From: the human T2T-CHM13v2.0 reference genome, Homo sapiens
NCBI RefSeq assembly: GCF_009914755.1
Contig: NC_060925.1
DNA: 64,000 nucleotides
Strand: one strand, 5' to 3'
Part shown: positions 42,766-57,530 of the stretch, one piece after another
Layout: every line of letters begins with the position of its first letter
Numbering within the stretch: position 1 is the first letter of the stretch
Position numbers and translations under genes: made by a program
The notes under the pieces: generated by a model
Told to the model about the DNA's origin: nothing
Database searches by the model: none
Seen by the model: only the letters and a program-made list of their open reading frames with translations

Positions 42766-44285
42766 GTCACCCTTAGCGGTATGTTTTATATTCTTACTTT
42801 TCAACAACTTTCATATTGAGCTGAAAACACATAGAGTAGAATTCATGTTTTAAAAATTAACAAAATGTATTAATTCGTTCTGTAATGAAAACGTTTTTTC
42901 CCCTTTTGAATTCTAAATATGCCTGTCAATTTTTCTTGGTGTGTGAAAAAATAAATTATGACCTTTAACCTTTAAGATGTCTGATTAACTTATTCTATGA
43001 GAATAGTATAACACCATAAAAGCAATGCACACTTTAAAGATATTTCTTGAAAATAGTTATCCAACTCTAATAATTGTGAAATCCTGTGATAATCCTATTT
43101 CACTTTAGAGAAAAATCATCCATGTAAGAGCTGTAAAAAGCATTGAACAAATGTGGAATGCTCAAGTCTTATGTTTTATAACATGGGGGTTTCTTCCTAA
43201 TTCTGGGGAGTCTGGGCATTATTATAAATAAGTCCCTATGCATATCATGCATCATCTGTAGGCTGACTACTTAATATGTCTCTATATGTAAAAGTCTTGT
43301 CGCACATCTAAATGTCATATTTAGATGTGTCACATTTAGATGTGAGACAAAACCTTTATATGTAGAATATGGTTAATATGATTCATTTAAAATGATGGAG
43401 TTTTTATTAATATTTGCTAATACTTTCTTTCCTGGCCAATGAATATTTTAAAAGTGGAGCTACTGTTGTATGGATGCAAGTGAAATGTTTTTAGCTTAAA
43501 AGAAAGACTTGTGCATCCCCTCCCCCCCACCAAATATGGGTAAACAGTGATGTAATTGACAACTGTCATTTTACAGGTAAGGACAGGGAACTGCAGAGAG
43601 CTACGTGCAGTGTTTGAGGGCACATAGCTGGTGTTTGGTGCTCTTTCCCTCAGGCCACTTGGTCTTTCCATCAGGTGAGTCCTGTCCCTAGGGCCTGCCC
43701 CTTCAGTATCATCAATTTCTTACTCTTATTTTCTTGGAACTCAGAGATGGGCCCTTTACACACGCCTCTTTTCCCCCTCTCTTTATTTCTCTCTCTTCCC
43801 TTGTTTTGTGCTTCATCAGTTCTTTTGGGCCTTCAAAAAATTACTGACTTTCCAATATAGAACTGAACCATTAAAATTTGATTGTGCGTATGTTTGCTGA
43901 AAGACCCTTTGGCCCAGGGGAATTCAAAGCAAGAGATCACAGCAGTGTTGAGGATGGACCTTATCATGAACCACCTGGGCCAACGATCTACACCATATCT
44001 GAATAAAACTGAGAAAGAAACTTATGTCATAAAATGTGTCAAGTGCTTAAAACTGATTTAGGCTCTAAGAGTCACCAGTCAGAAAACAACTAAATTAAAC
44101 ATATCGGACATTACATTTCAGAGATGTAACTGTGCATTATTAACAATTACAAATACGTTGGAATATTTTAGGTAGCACAGAATAAAGTACAGAAACTCAA
44201 TATAAAGCATACACATATGCTTGAGTTCATATGAGAAAAACAAGACTTTCTAAAAAATTTGCATGCAATTTTTTCCTTTTAGCTT

Positions 44286-44426
44286 CATATTTATATTTAT
44301 ATTTTTTGTATAGGCAGGTTCTTGCTTTGTTGCCCAGGCTGGTCTTGAACTCCTGGCCTCAAGTGATTCTCCTGCCTCGGCCTCCTGAAGTGCTGGGATT
44401 ACAGGTATGAGCCACCATGCCTGGCC
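44286..44426 (-). mobile_element. FLAM / free left Alu monomer
   Basis: gttgcccaggctggtcttgaactcctggcctcaag...cctggcc; TSD CTTTTAGCTT on both sides. Confidence 0.88.
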
Positions 44427-44725
44427 CTTTTAGCTTTTTATTTTCACAGAATTTTGTGAGAAATGTTTCAAAAAACAGCACAAAAATTCCTTTATAATTG
44501 ATTTACTTGCAGAAACTGACTCTTTGACCTCTGAATACTTTAGTGGACATTTCCTAAAAATGATATTCTCTCACATAACCACATAATAATGGTCAAAATT
44601 AGAAAATTAATATTGATATTATACTCCTGTCTACTCTGCAGACCCAATTCAAATGTTATGGATTATTGCAATCATATTGTATTTTGTAAGAAAGGAACAT
44701 CCCAAATCATGTGTTGCATGCAGTT

Positions 44726-44785
44726 GTCTCCTTTATTTTGACTCTTTAGTCTCCTTTATTTTGACTCTTTAGTCTCCTTTATTTT
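44726..44785. repeat. 23-bp tandem repeat x2.6
   Basis: gtctcctttattttgactcttta, two perfect copies plus a partial. Confidence 0.95.
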
Positions 44786-44799
44786 AGAAACTGTGTGTA

Positions 44800-46430
44800 G
44801 TTTTTAAATTTAACTGTAAATTAAATATAATAATATATGCACCATCATAAGTATTCAGTTTGATTAATTTTAGCAATTATATGTATGTATGTAACCATCA
44901 CCCAAAATAAGACGGATATTTCCTCAGCCCAGACAAAGATTCCTTTGTGCTCATTTCCTCAAGTCTCTTCTCCCCAAGAAGTAATTACTTTTTGATTTCT
45001 ATTAGCATAGATTAATTGTCTATGCTTGAAAGTCACATAAATGGAATTATACATGTATACTATTGTGTCTGACTTCTTTCACTCAGCAAAATGTTTTTGA
45101 GATTAATTCATGCATCAGTACTTTGTTCTTTTTTATTGCTGAGTAGTATTCCATTGTTTGAATACACCATAATTCATTTATCTGTTTTCCTGTTGATGGA
45201 TATCTTGGCTGTTTTCAGTTTTGTCTATTATAATAAAACTGCTACAAATATGAAAGTACAAGTCATTTAATTGATAAAAGTTTTCATTCTTCTTAGGTAA
45301 AAAACTAGAAATGGAATTGATGGGTCCTAGAGTGAATGTTTATGTATTTAAGAATTGTCATATTTATTCACCAAAGAAGATGTGTGATTTTCCACTTCTG
45401 CCAGCAATACACGAGAGTGTCAGTCTTTCTATATCCTCACCAAAATTTAGTATGTCAATCTTTTTTATTTTAGCCATCCTAGTGGATGTGAAATGTTACG
45501 TATCTTCTCTTCTGCTTGTTGACTATTCATGTGTCTTCTTTTGTGAAGTATCTGTTCAAGTCTTTTGTCCATTTTTTAAATGGGTTGTTTGACTTTTTAT
45601 TGTGATTTATGAGTTCTTCATATAATCTGTATATAAATCCTTTGTCAGATATACATACTGATTTTTTTTTCTCAATCTGTGACTTGCCTTTTAATTTTTT
45701 TCATGGTGTCTTTGGATGAGTAAAACTTTCAAATTTTGATGAAGTTGTTTTCTTTTTGTCATATCCAAGAAGTGTTTGTCTACTAAAAGGGAAGGATATT
45801 CTTTATGCTTTAAGAGCTTTTGGTTCTAGGTTTTATGTTCAGTCTATGAACTTTATTAATTTTTTTAATATGTAGTAGCTAAGGACCAAGGTTTGTTTAC
45901 TTTCATATGACTATCTAGTTGTTTAAATGCCTTTTGTTAAAAACACTTTTCTTACCCTAATGAATTCTACTGGTATCTTGATGGAAAATCAACTGAATGC
46001 ATACGTGTGCACTTATCCCTAGACTCTATTATTTTTTTCCATTGATGTATCCATCCTATGTCAATATCACACTTTTTGTATTACAGTAGCTTTACAACAA
46101 GTTTGGAATCAGGTAGTGTAAGTCCTTCAACATTTTTCTTCTTTTAGTTTTTTTTTTTTTTTTTTTTTTTTTTTTAGCAGTTTAGATCTTTTACATTTTA
46201 ATATAAATTTTAGAATTGGCTTATCAGTTTCTCAAAAAAAAATCCTGCTATAATTTGATAGTGATTGTGTGGAGTCTAAGATCAATATGGAAGAATGGAC
46301 ATATTAACACTGCTAAATCTTAATGGAGATTTGTTTACAATCTTAACAATTTTAATAGCCTTCTAATCTCGGAATATGCTATATCTGTTTTATAGTTCTC
46401 CTTCGATTTCTGTCAGCAATATCTTGTGTC
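44800..46430 (-). mobile_element. Old L1M (L1MB/MC-like) fragment
   Basis: ttttattgctgagtagtattccattg, gtgaagtatctgttcaagtc, taaattttagaattggctt. Confidence 0.8.
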
Positions 46431-47396
46431 TCTGCTCTTTTTCATCTGTCAGGTAGTCTGGAAAATGTAGTTTTCCTTTTGGTAGTTACACACTTTAACC
46501 ATAGCAAATTAATCAGCAATTTGGATCTTCGAATCAAATAGATTCGTTTAAGGAAACAAATTCTTTAATTCATAGGTGAAGAATGAGGAACAGGTTTCAA
46601 TAGTCTCAAACTGGCTGAAATAGTAAATACACTTTCCTTTAGACCTGCTGGCTTTTGGAGGAATAAACCTAGAAGATTCCGTTTCAAAGAAACTGCAATA
46701 GACAAGTCAGGGTTGACTTAACTAAGTTAGTCAGCAAACAATTAGAACTATCAAATATGTGCTCCCTAAAACAAGAACCTAGATTCTAAGAAAAAGATAA
46801 ATAAGGAAAATTAATTTCTCAGAGGGAGCTTGTCATAGAAGAGTAACAGATATTTAAACAAATAATATTGCTATATTGTGATAAATGTGACCTTAGAAGA
46901 AACTACAAGGAGCTGAAGTAACATGGCAGAGAGAAAAGGGCTAACTTCCATTTGTAAAATTCTTTAAAAATGGGAACAGAGATCTTGCACGAAAAAACCC
47001 AGCATAGTCCCTGGTACATATTAACAACAAATTAATGTTAATGACTGCCACTAACAGCTTTAGATTTTCATGCATAGTCTGTTTTTATCACCAATTCTGT
47101 GGTATTACTACCACTATGCTTCTACAAATGGAGGCCCAAGGAGGTCAAAATTATACTGAGCTTTTTGGTAAGAGGCAGAATTAATACTCAAATATTAAAT
47201 TTTAATACATTATTAATTCTTATATACTTTTTACCAAAAATGTTTACAAACAGAGAGCAACCATTTATCAGTTCTGATTTTTCAGTTACCTAATAAATCA
47301 ATACCTTTATTGCCTGTCACACTATTTTGAATAAATATAACGAAATTAATAATGGAAATACTTCAACAGTAAGAGCAGAACCAGTTGAAATAATAA

Positions 47397-47773
<377 letters not shown>

Positions 47774-49639
47774 TGATAACAGGGTGAAATAAAATAGATT
47801 GTACTTTGAAATTTCTATGCCAGTTTGGAGCTCTATAGATAACTTTCTCATATGAAGAATAATGCTAATAGGAGAAATCTGTATTATGGTGCTCTTGTGA
47901 AGATTTTATAACATTTATTTATTTCACAAATATTTTGAGTACTTACTATAGTTGTGTCTATCTTATCAATTGAATTTGTCTAAATAAATACAGTTTCAAT
48001 TTATTAGGTCTTTAGGATTGAGAGTAAGTTCAATTTTACACTTTCCCTCTAACATATTCTTGTGCTCTTGTCTTCTGTCACCAAGTTTCCAGACTAAAAC
48101 TTGGGTGGCAACTTCAAAAATAGAAGACAGAGAACACAGAACATAACTCAGTGTCCGAGGAAATAATGTTGTTGGACTGGTATTTTGTTCATGGAAAGTC
48201 TTCCCAAAAGCAGTGATGAAATTTACTTCTGTGAAGATTTTCAAAAACCTCACTGATTTTTTGGCAAAGCCCTGACTCGAAACAGAGTGACTTCTCTGAA
48301 TTGGGAGGATCTTTTATTTACACGGTGCTGATCTGAGTAGCAATTTTTCTCATCCTGCTACTGGTTTGATCACTAGAGAGATTTTGTTTCCTTTGACTTC
48401 AAGATCTCGGGAAGCTCAAAAGAAGGAAATGAACCAATAAAACACCTAATTGGTTTTATTGTATGATGACGTGACCAATTACTGTCTTGTCTTCCTCTGT
48501 TTTCATTTTTGATAACATCCAGCAGCTTGTAAATGTGACAGATTACATGCTACTTTGTCGACATGTAAGCCTCCGGAAAGGCCTGTGGTACATCTCAACA
48601 GGATTGAGAAATTTCTATGTTACATTTTATCCTCAGTCTTGCCATTTATTTTAGTTAATTAAAACAAAACATTCCCTTAGTGAAACGTTATCCTAACATG
48701 GTTGTTATATCAAGATTAATAGATATATTACATATACCATATCTACTGCAAAGAATAGAAAGAATCCAACTTTTTCTGCAGACACTTCATTCTTCAGGGA
48801 TGTTTGTGCATTCCCTTTGTTAGCCACTTGAGAATAAAAGTCCCCCCGTCAAAAAAATGCAAAATGCAATTTGCCAGTCCTTTACAGCTTGAAACCAGAA
48901 AGAACATGTAGAAACACATCAGATTGGATATTTTATTAAATCATACTTAAAGGGAATTTCACATGTTGTGAAAATAGCTTTTGAAGTATTTATTTCATTT
49001 AAAATCTTAAGCTCTAAAGGCAAATATTAAACAACAAGTATAAAGATATTTTCAGCTAAGCTTTGTATTATAATATAATTTCACATCATTATAGACGGGA
49101 AAAATTTTGGAGACCGATGTAAAAAGTATATAAAAATGTAATTTTAGGAGTGACTTGACATGTTTTTTAGTGTTATCTGATTCATAGGATAAGCTGTTCC
49201 AGACAAGAGATTAATTCTGTGTGAATGGACTTTGTTTCAATTCAAATTGTGAATATTATGAAAGAGTTAATATAAATTTTAATAATGAAAGAAAAAAGCT
49301 AAGGTTTACTTGGTTTAAAATTTAAAAAAAAATAAATAGAAATGGCCTTTTATATGATTTTGATGTCTGTCTTAAGAGAAGAATAGCAATGAAGAAAAAA
49401 TCTGCAGCATTGAGTTCTCAATTATGTTCAATTCTAACTTAAAATATTTTTCAGGTAAAATTGGATAATCTGTTATGAGAGTATTGGAAAATAAATGAAT
49501 GTAAATCTTACAACTGTTCATTTTATCTTTGCCTTTGTAAATAAAAATCTTAATATATCAGGCAAAAGTTTATTTTTATTTTAAAAATAATGCCATGTCT
49601 ATCTGTATTATTAAAATTAGTCAAATAGTTACTAAATTT

Positions 49640-52215
<2,576 letters not shown>

Positions 52216-52744
52216 TTTGCTCTGAAGATGTTTTATATGTTCATGGAAAATGCTTAAATAATTCTGGAATATGTATATTTTAAAATATTCCTAGAATTGA
52301 ATTTCATAACCTTTTAAAAGTAATTTATTCCAATGTTTAAATTCCTTTAGTGTCAATAATTGCTTCCTTATAACTAATGGAAATTGATTATGTGTGTATT
52401 AAGTTGTTTATCAGTCTCTATACATTAACTCTTCATCTAAAAATAGAGAATGTCTCCAGGAAGTCCAAACTGAAATATTCAATTAACTAGTCAACATTTC
52501 CACTTGAATGTCTAGCATTTTAATTATGTCCAGGCCTTAAGTAATGGTTCCCCCTATGTCCCACAAACCTGCCAATCTCAGATTTCTGTATCTCAGTTAA
52601 TGATTCCTTCAGATTTTTAGTTATTCAGGTTAAATAATCTTTGATCTGTATCCTCTATTAAGTCCATCAGAAAATCCTGTTGGCCTTTCAAAATATATCC
52701 TATTCTAACCCAGTACCCAGATATTGGTTTCTCCATGCTATTCT

Positions 52745-53065
52745 TGAAACAAAGTAACCAAGGACCCTTAGAGAAATGGTTGTTTCTAGGGCTGGGACAG
52801 GGTAAACATAAGATAAGCCTGCAGTATCTTGTAGTTACAGAAACTAGGGAAGTGCTAAAAAACAAAAGCTAGGATATGTCAAAGGAACTCAGGAGCTCAG
52901 TAACAAATAAAAAATGTAGTTTTGGATTATAACCCAATGTATAAAATAAATATCTATGCATCCACACTGAAATAAATAAATGATTAAATAAATAATGGAG
53001 AAGAGACAAATTTTTCTTATATAATTCAAAATAATACATGGATAATAATATATGGAGATATTCCC
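52745..53065 (+). mobile_element. L1MC/L1MD-like 3' UTR fragment
   Basis: agagaaatggttgtttctagggctgggacaggg...tggattataacccaa...gaaataaataaatgatt. Confidence 0.65.
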
Positions 53066-53424
53066 CGTTCCATAAGAGCTGAGAGTGAAGATGAGTGTTG
53101 TTTCAGCGCATTTATGTTCTTCACTGCCTTTATAATTTTATGAACATCAAAGGATGGATTATTTATATTTTCAGCTTCCCCCATTTTGATGCAATGCTGG
53201 ATATGCTTTAGCAATTTGACTTGCCTTCATTTTACTTTAACTTACTCAGCTATGGCAGTGACCCATTTATCTTTTCTACAATCTAAAATGTTGCGATTTT
53301 AGCACACATTTCTCCCCAAATTATCCTGTACTGTACCTATCTAACCAGAAATCATTTGTTTCTAGAGAAAATATAATAATTTTGGGGGGGCATTTTCAAT
53401 ATCATCAAGAAATGTCTATAGCAG

Positions 53425-53885
53425 TGCTGTGGACTGAATGTTTATGTCCCCCTAAAATTCATACGTTGAAATCTTAATTCTCAATGTGATAGTATTTGGA
53501 GGTGGAGCCTTTGGGAGCTATTGAGGTTGGTATAAAAGTTATTGCGGTTTTTGCCATTAAAAGTAATGACAAAAACCACAGTTACTTTTGCACCAACCTA
53601 ATAACTATTAGATGGGGTCATGATAGTTATATCCTCATGATAGGATTAGTGTTCCATACAAAAAGACAAGAGAAAGGTTGTTTCCTTTGTCAGCTCTCTG
53701 CCATGTGAGGCTACAACAAGAAGAAAGCCATTTGCAAATCAGAAAGTGGGCCCTCATCAGATACAAATCTACTGGCCCCTTAATCATGGACTTCCTAGCC
53801 TTTAGAATTGTGAAAAATAAATGTTTGTTGCACAAGCCACCTTTTCTATGGTAATTTGTTATAGCAATACAGACTGACTAAAACA
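53425..53885 (+). mobile_element. MLT1A-like LTR
   Basis: tgctgtggactgaatgtttatgtcccccta...gactaaaaca; TSD AGCAG/AGCAT. Confidence 0.88.
53521..53601. mobile_element. MADE1 MITE nested in MLT1A
   Basis: aggttggtataaaagttattgcggtttttgccatt...ttacttttgcaccaacctaa with TA flanks. Confidence 0.92.
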
Positions 53886-54799
53886 AGCATTTATGAAAAT
53901 AAGGAATTAGTACAGGTCTAAGATTGTGAAGGAAAGGTGGGTGATTCCCTGGGGAAGCAAGTGAAATGGAGAACTGAGAGTTTCTTGACAATTTAGGCCA
54001 AGAAAACCACTTCTATTTCAATTATATGAATAGTTCAACTGAAAGTTCCTTATTGAGGAGGAAAGATAATAATCTAGATAGTTTCCTCTTAAATTCTCCA
54101 TAATTTATTCCTATAGTATAATCTAAGTAGAGTGTTTCCATTCTTGGATAAGTTAAGGAAGGCCAAGTCTAGAAAGAATTGATAACCAATTACCTGGCGA
54201 ATTGGGTCATACAGTCAACCTAGAAGAAATAGTCATATTTCTTATATCATCAAATAAAATGATAATTCAACTGGATATCTGGATAACTGGATTTCTATAA
54301 GTTTACATTTTATTAACAAAAAAATGCAGAAAAATCCCAGACTATTCAGTTAAAATATATAACAGAAAGTCTCTATAGCAAATTATGGTGGATTATTAAA
54401 AAGATAGCTGGTTTCATCAAAGATTCCAGGGGATAATTTAAATGTCTAGTTGGAAGTAAAGCTTATAGTTTTTAAAAATTTAATTAAACAAAAATGTGGA
54501 TATATGTGTTGGCACAAAGATTGAAAATTGCAGTCTAATGTATAAATATAGATGTATAAAATAAAGATGAATGCTGCTGTATTGAATTGGAGGTAAGAAC
54601 TAGATGGCAGGGATGTAGATATCTGTTTATTAAATTTGATTTACTTTAATATCATTGCTAATTTCCTTAAGAGGAGCAAATCACATGGATTACATTTCTG
54701 AATGATAGTACATTGGACAAAATCTCTATTTCAATAATGCCTGAAAAATCACAGAGTTAGAGATCTGCAGAGAATAGTGAAAATATACTTAAAAGTAGA

Positions 54800-56045
54800 A
54801 AATAGGAAATGCAAAAATAAAGCTGTTTTTATTTTTAGATGACATGAATGTCTATGTAAAAAACCTTAAAATTCTACAAAAATCTTAGAATTTATGAGTT
54901 TAGCAATGTCACAAAATACAAGGTCTACACACAAAAATCAATTGTATTCCCATAGCCAACAATGCACAATTAGAGTTTGAAATAAAAACATACCATTACA
55001 GTGGCACCAACAAAAATGAAATCCTTATGTAGAAATCTAACAAAATATGGACAATGTCTGTATGCTAAAACAACAAAAATTAATGAAAGAAAATATTAAG
55101 AACTCAAAATTAATGGGGAGACAAGATTGTGTTCATGGGTTTGAAGACTCAGGTAGTTAAGATGTCATTTCTTTCCAATTTGATCCGTAGATTCTACATA
55201 ATTATGATCAAAATTCTAGCAAGTTATTTTACACATATTAACTAGCTGATTCTTAAATTATATGAAATTATATGACTTGGAAACAGCAGAACGATTTTGA
55301 AGCAGAACAAAGTTGAAGCACGCACATTATCTTATTTCAGGACTTACTTAATATAAAGCTACAGTAATGAGCATTACTACAGTAATGAGTCCAGCTTCCT
55401 GGGTGTCTGATCTGTCCAGTCACACAGGGCCGTGTGCTCAGAAGCACTCCATACTTGGCGTAATGCTTTACTGTCACAGTCTTGGGATTCTTAAAAATTT
55501 TTGAACACAGAGCATTACATTTTTATTTTGAATTGGGCCCCACAAATAATCTAGGTGGTCTTGCACAAAATAGACTAATACAAATATAATTAAATGATTT
55601 CTGACAAAGATATGAAGACAAACCTTCATACATTTGGTAAAGAATTGTGTTGGAAAAATTGGACCTCTACGTACAAGAAAATGATCTTTGACAACATACC
55701 TCAGACCCTATATAAAATTTAACTCAAAATGGATGATAGACCTAAATGTGTAATGCAAACCTATAGGATTTCTAGAAGAAAGCATAGGAGAAAATTGATG
55801 AGATCTTTGCTTGGGCAATTAGTTTTAGATACAATACCAAAAACATGGCTCATAAAAGAAAAAAAAAGCTAAATTGGACTTTTCAAAATTAAAGAGGACT
55901 GATAAGAAAATAAAAAGACAAGCCACAGATTGGGAGAAAATATTTATAAATCACAGATCTGGTTAAAGGCTTGTGTCCAGGATATACATAAGTAACTCTT
56001 CAAACTGAACATTAAGAAAACAAATAACCCAATTTTAAAATGGTG
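54800..56045 (+). mobile_element. Old L1M ORF2 fragment
   Basis: gatgacatga, caaaaatcaattgtatt, aaaagacaagccacagattgggagaaaatattt. Confidence 0.8.
55386..55563 (+). mobile_element. MER91A-like hAT-Tip100 MITE
   Basis: cagtcacacagggcc...gctcagaag...tgggccccacaaat...ggtcttg. Confidence 0.75.
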
Positions 56046-56270
56046 GTGTATACACCTAGCATTCAATTCTGTTTTCAAGTATAGATCTTATTTCTTCTTT
56101 TTGATAAAACTTATCAGGCAAATGCTGCAGTCCAGCTCACTGTTTGTCCTACTTTATCGCAGTTTGTAAACTTTAGTTTTTTCTTCAATATATTTGCTTT
56201 CCACCTCTATCACTTTTACTCAATGCATTTAAATAATATTTATTTCTTCCTGTTGCAAGAACAACATGAG

Positions 56271-56671
56271 TATATTAGTTTGCTAGGGGTGACATAAGAA
56301 AATACCACAGACTGGGTGACTTAAACAGAAATGTATTTTCTCATGATTCTGAAGACTAGAAGCACAAGATCATGGTGCTGGTAGGGTTGATTTTTTCTGA
56401 GGGCTCTCTCTTTGGCTAGCAGGAGGCAGCCTTCTGCCTGTGTCTTCACACGGTCTTCCCTCTGTATTTGTCTGTGTTCAAATTTCTTCTTTTTATAAGG
56501 ACACCAATCATGTTGGATTAGGGCCCACCATAATGACCTAATTTTAACTTAATTACCTCTTTCCAAATGCAGTCAGATTCTGGAACCTCTTTCCAAATGC
56601 AGTCACATTCTGAGATACTGTGAGTTAAGACGTCAGCATAAGAATGGCGGGGCACAGTTCAGACTATAACA
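56271..56671 (-). mobile_element. MLT1B-like LTR with 30-bp internal tandem duplication (~56555-56612)
   Basis: tattagtttgctaggg...aaataccacagactgggtgacttaaac; acctctttccaaatgcagtca(g/c)attctg twice. Confidence 0.85.
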
Positions 56672-57389
56672 ATAAGCTTTTTATGTCTTGAGACGGCACT
56701 TAGGAAATGATGGTGGCATTTTCCTCCATCCAGGTTTCCTCACAGTCGTGTCAAAATATAGATCATAACATCATATCTGTAAAACATGGGCCCTGGGAAG
56801 AGACAGTGGCAGAAACAGTGCAATACATTCCTTAAATTCATTTCATTTTGTCCTAGGCATGAAGAATACTGCATGCTAAAACCTACTCCTAATACTACTA
56901 GTAATAGTACTCCTAAAACCTCATGCATGATTCTGTATGTCCTTTCCTAAATGCTGGAGGATGTCATTGCCCAGGGCAATCCCAGAAGCCATGTGCTGAA
57001 GATGGTGGAGCCCTCTTCAGCTTGGGTCTCTACTGTATGAAGCAGAGGGCCGCCCTCCCTCTACCCACCGGCCAGTTTGTGTCGTACTGTTTCATGAGCT
57101 AAGAATACACTTCTCTTGGTTTAACCATTGAGATATAGGGAGAGGTTTCTGTAGCAGTCATCTGCCAGGACTACTCAGATTAACTGAAGATTTTGATGAA
57201 CAAATTGACAATGAATGAAACAACTTCAAGTCATTATCAAGGGAATAAATTACTTCAAGTGTATACAACATTTAGATGATTTTATGAATTTTGAGTCCAC
57301 ATTTTTAAAACAGAAAAGTTTCTGTAAAATTGGGCCCTGATATTAAAAAATGACTTGGCAGCATAGGTTCTCATGGGGGACGACAGCGT

Positions 57390-57530
57390 GTACTATTATT
57401 ATTTACATTTTAGAGATGAGGAGACTGAGGCATGGAGAGCCTCATACAACTTTGCACTGCTGGTAAGAAGCTAGTGCAGCTGCAGAGGCTGGGCCTGCAA
57501 ACCCCACACTGCACACTGCTTCTTATTGCT
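57390..57530 (-). mobile_element. MIR fragment
   Basis: cattttagagatgaggagactgaggcatggagag. Confidence 0.65.
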
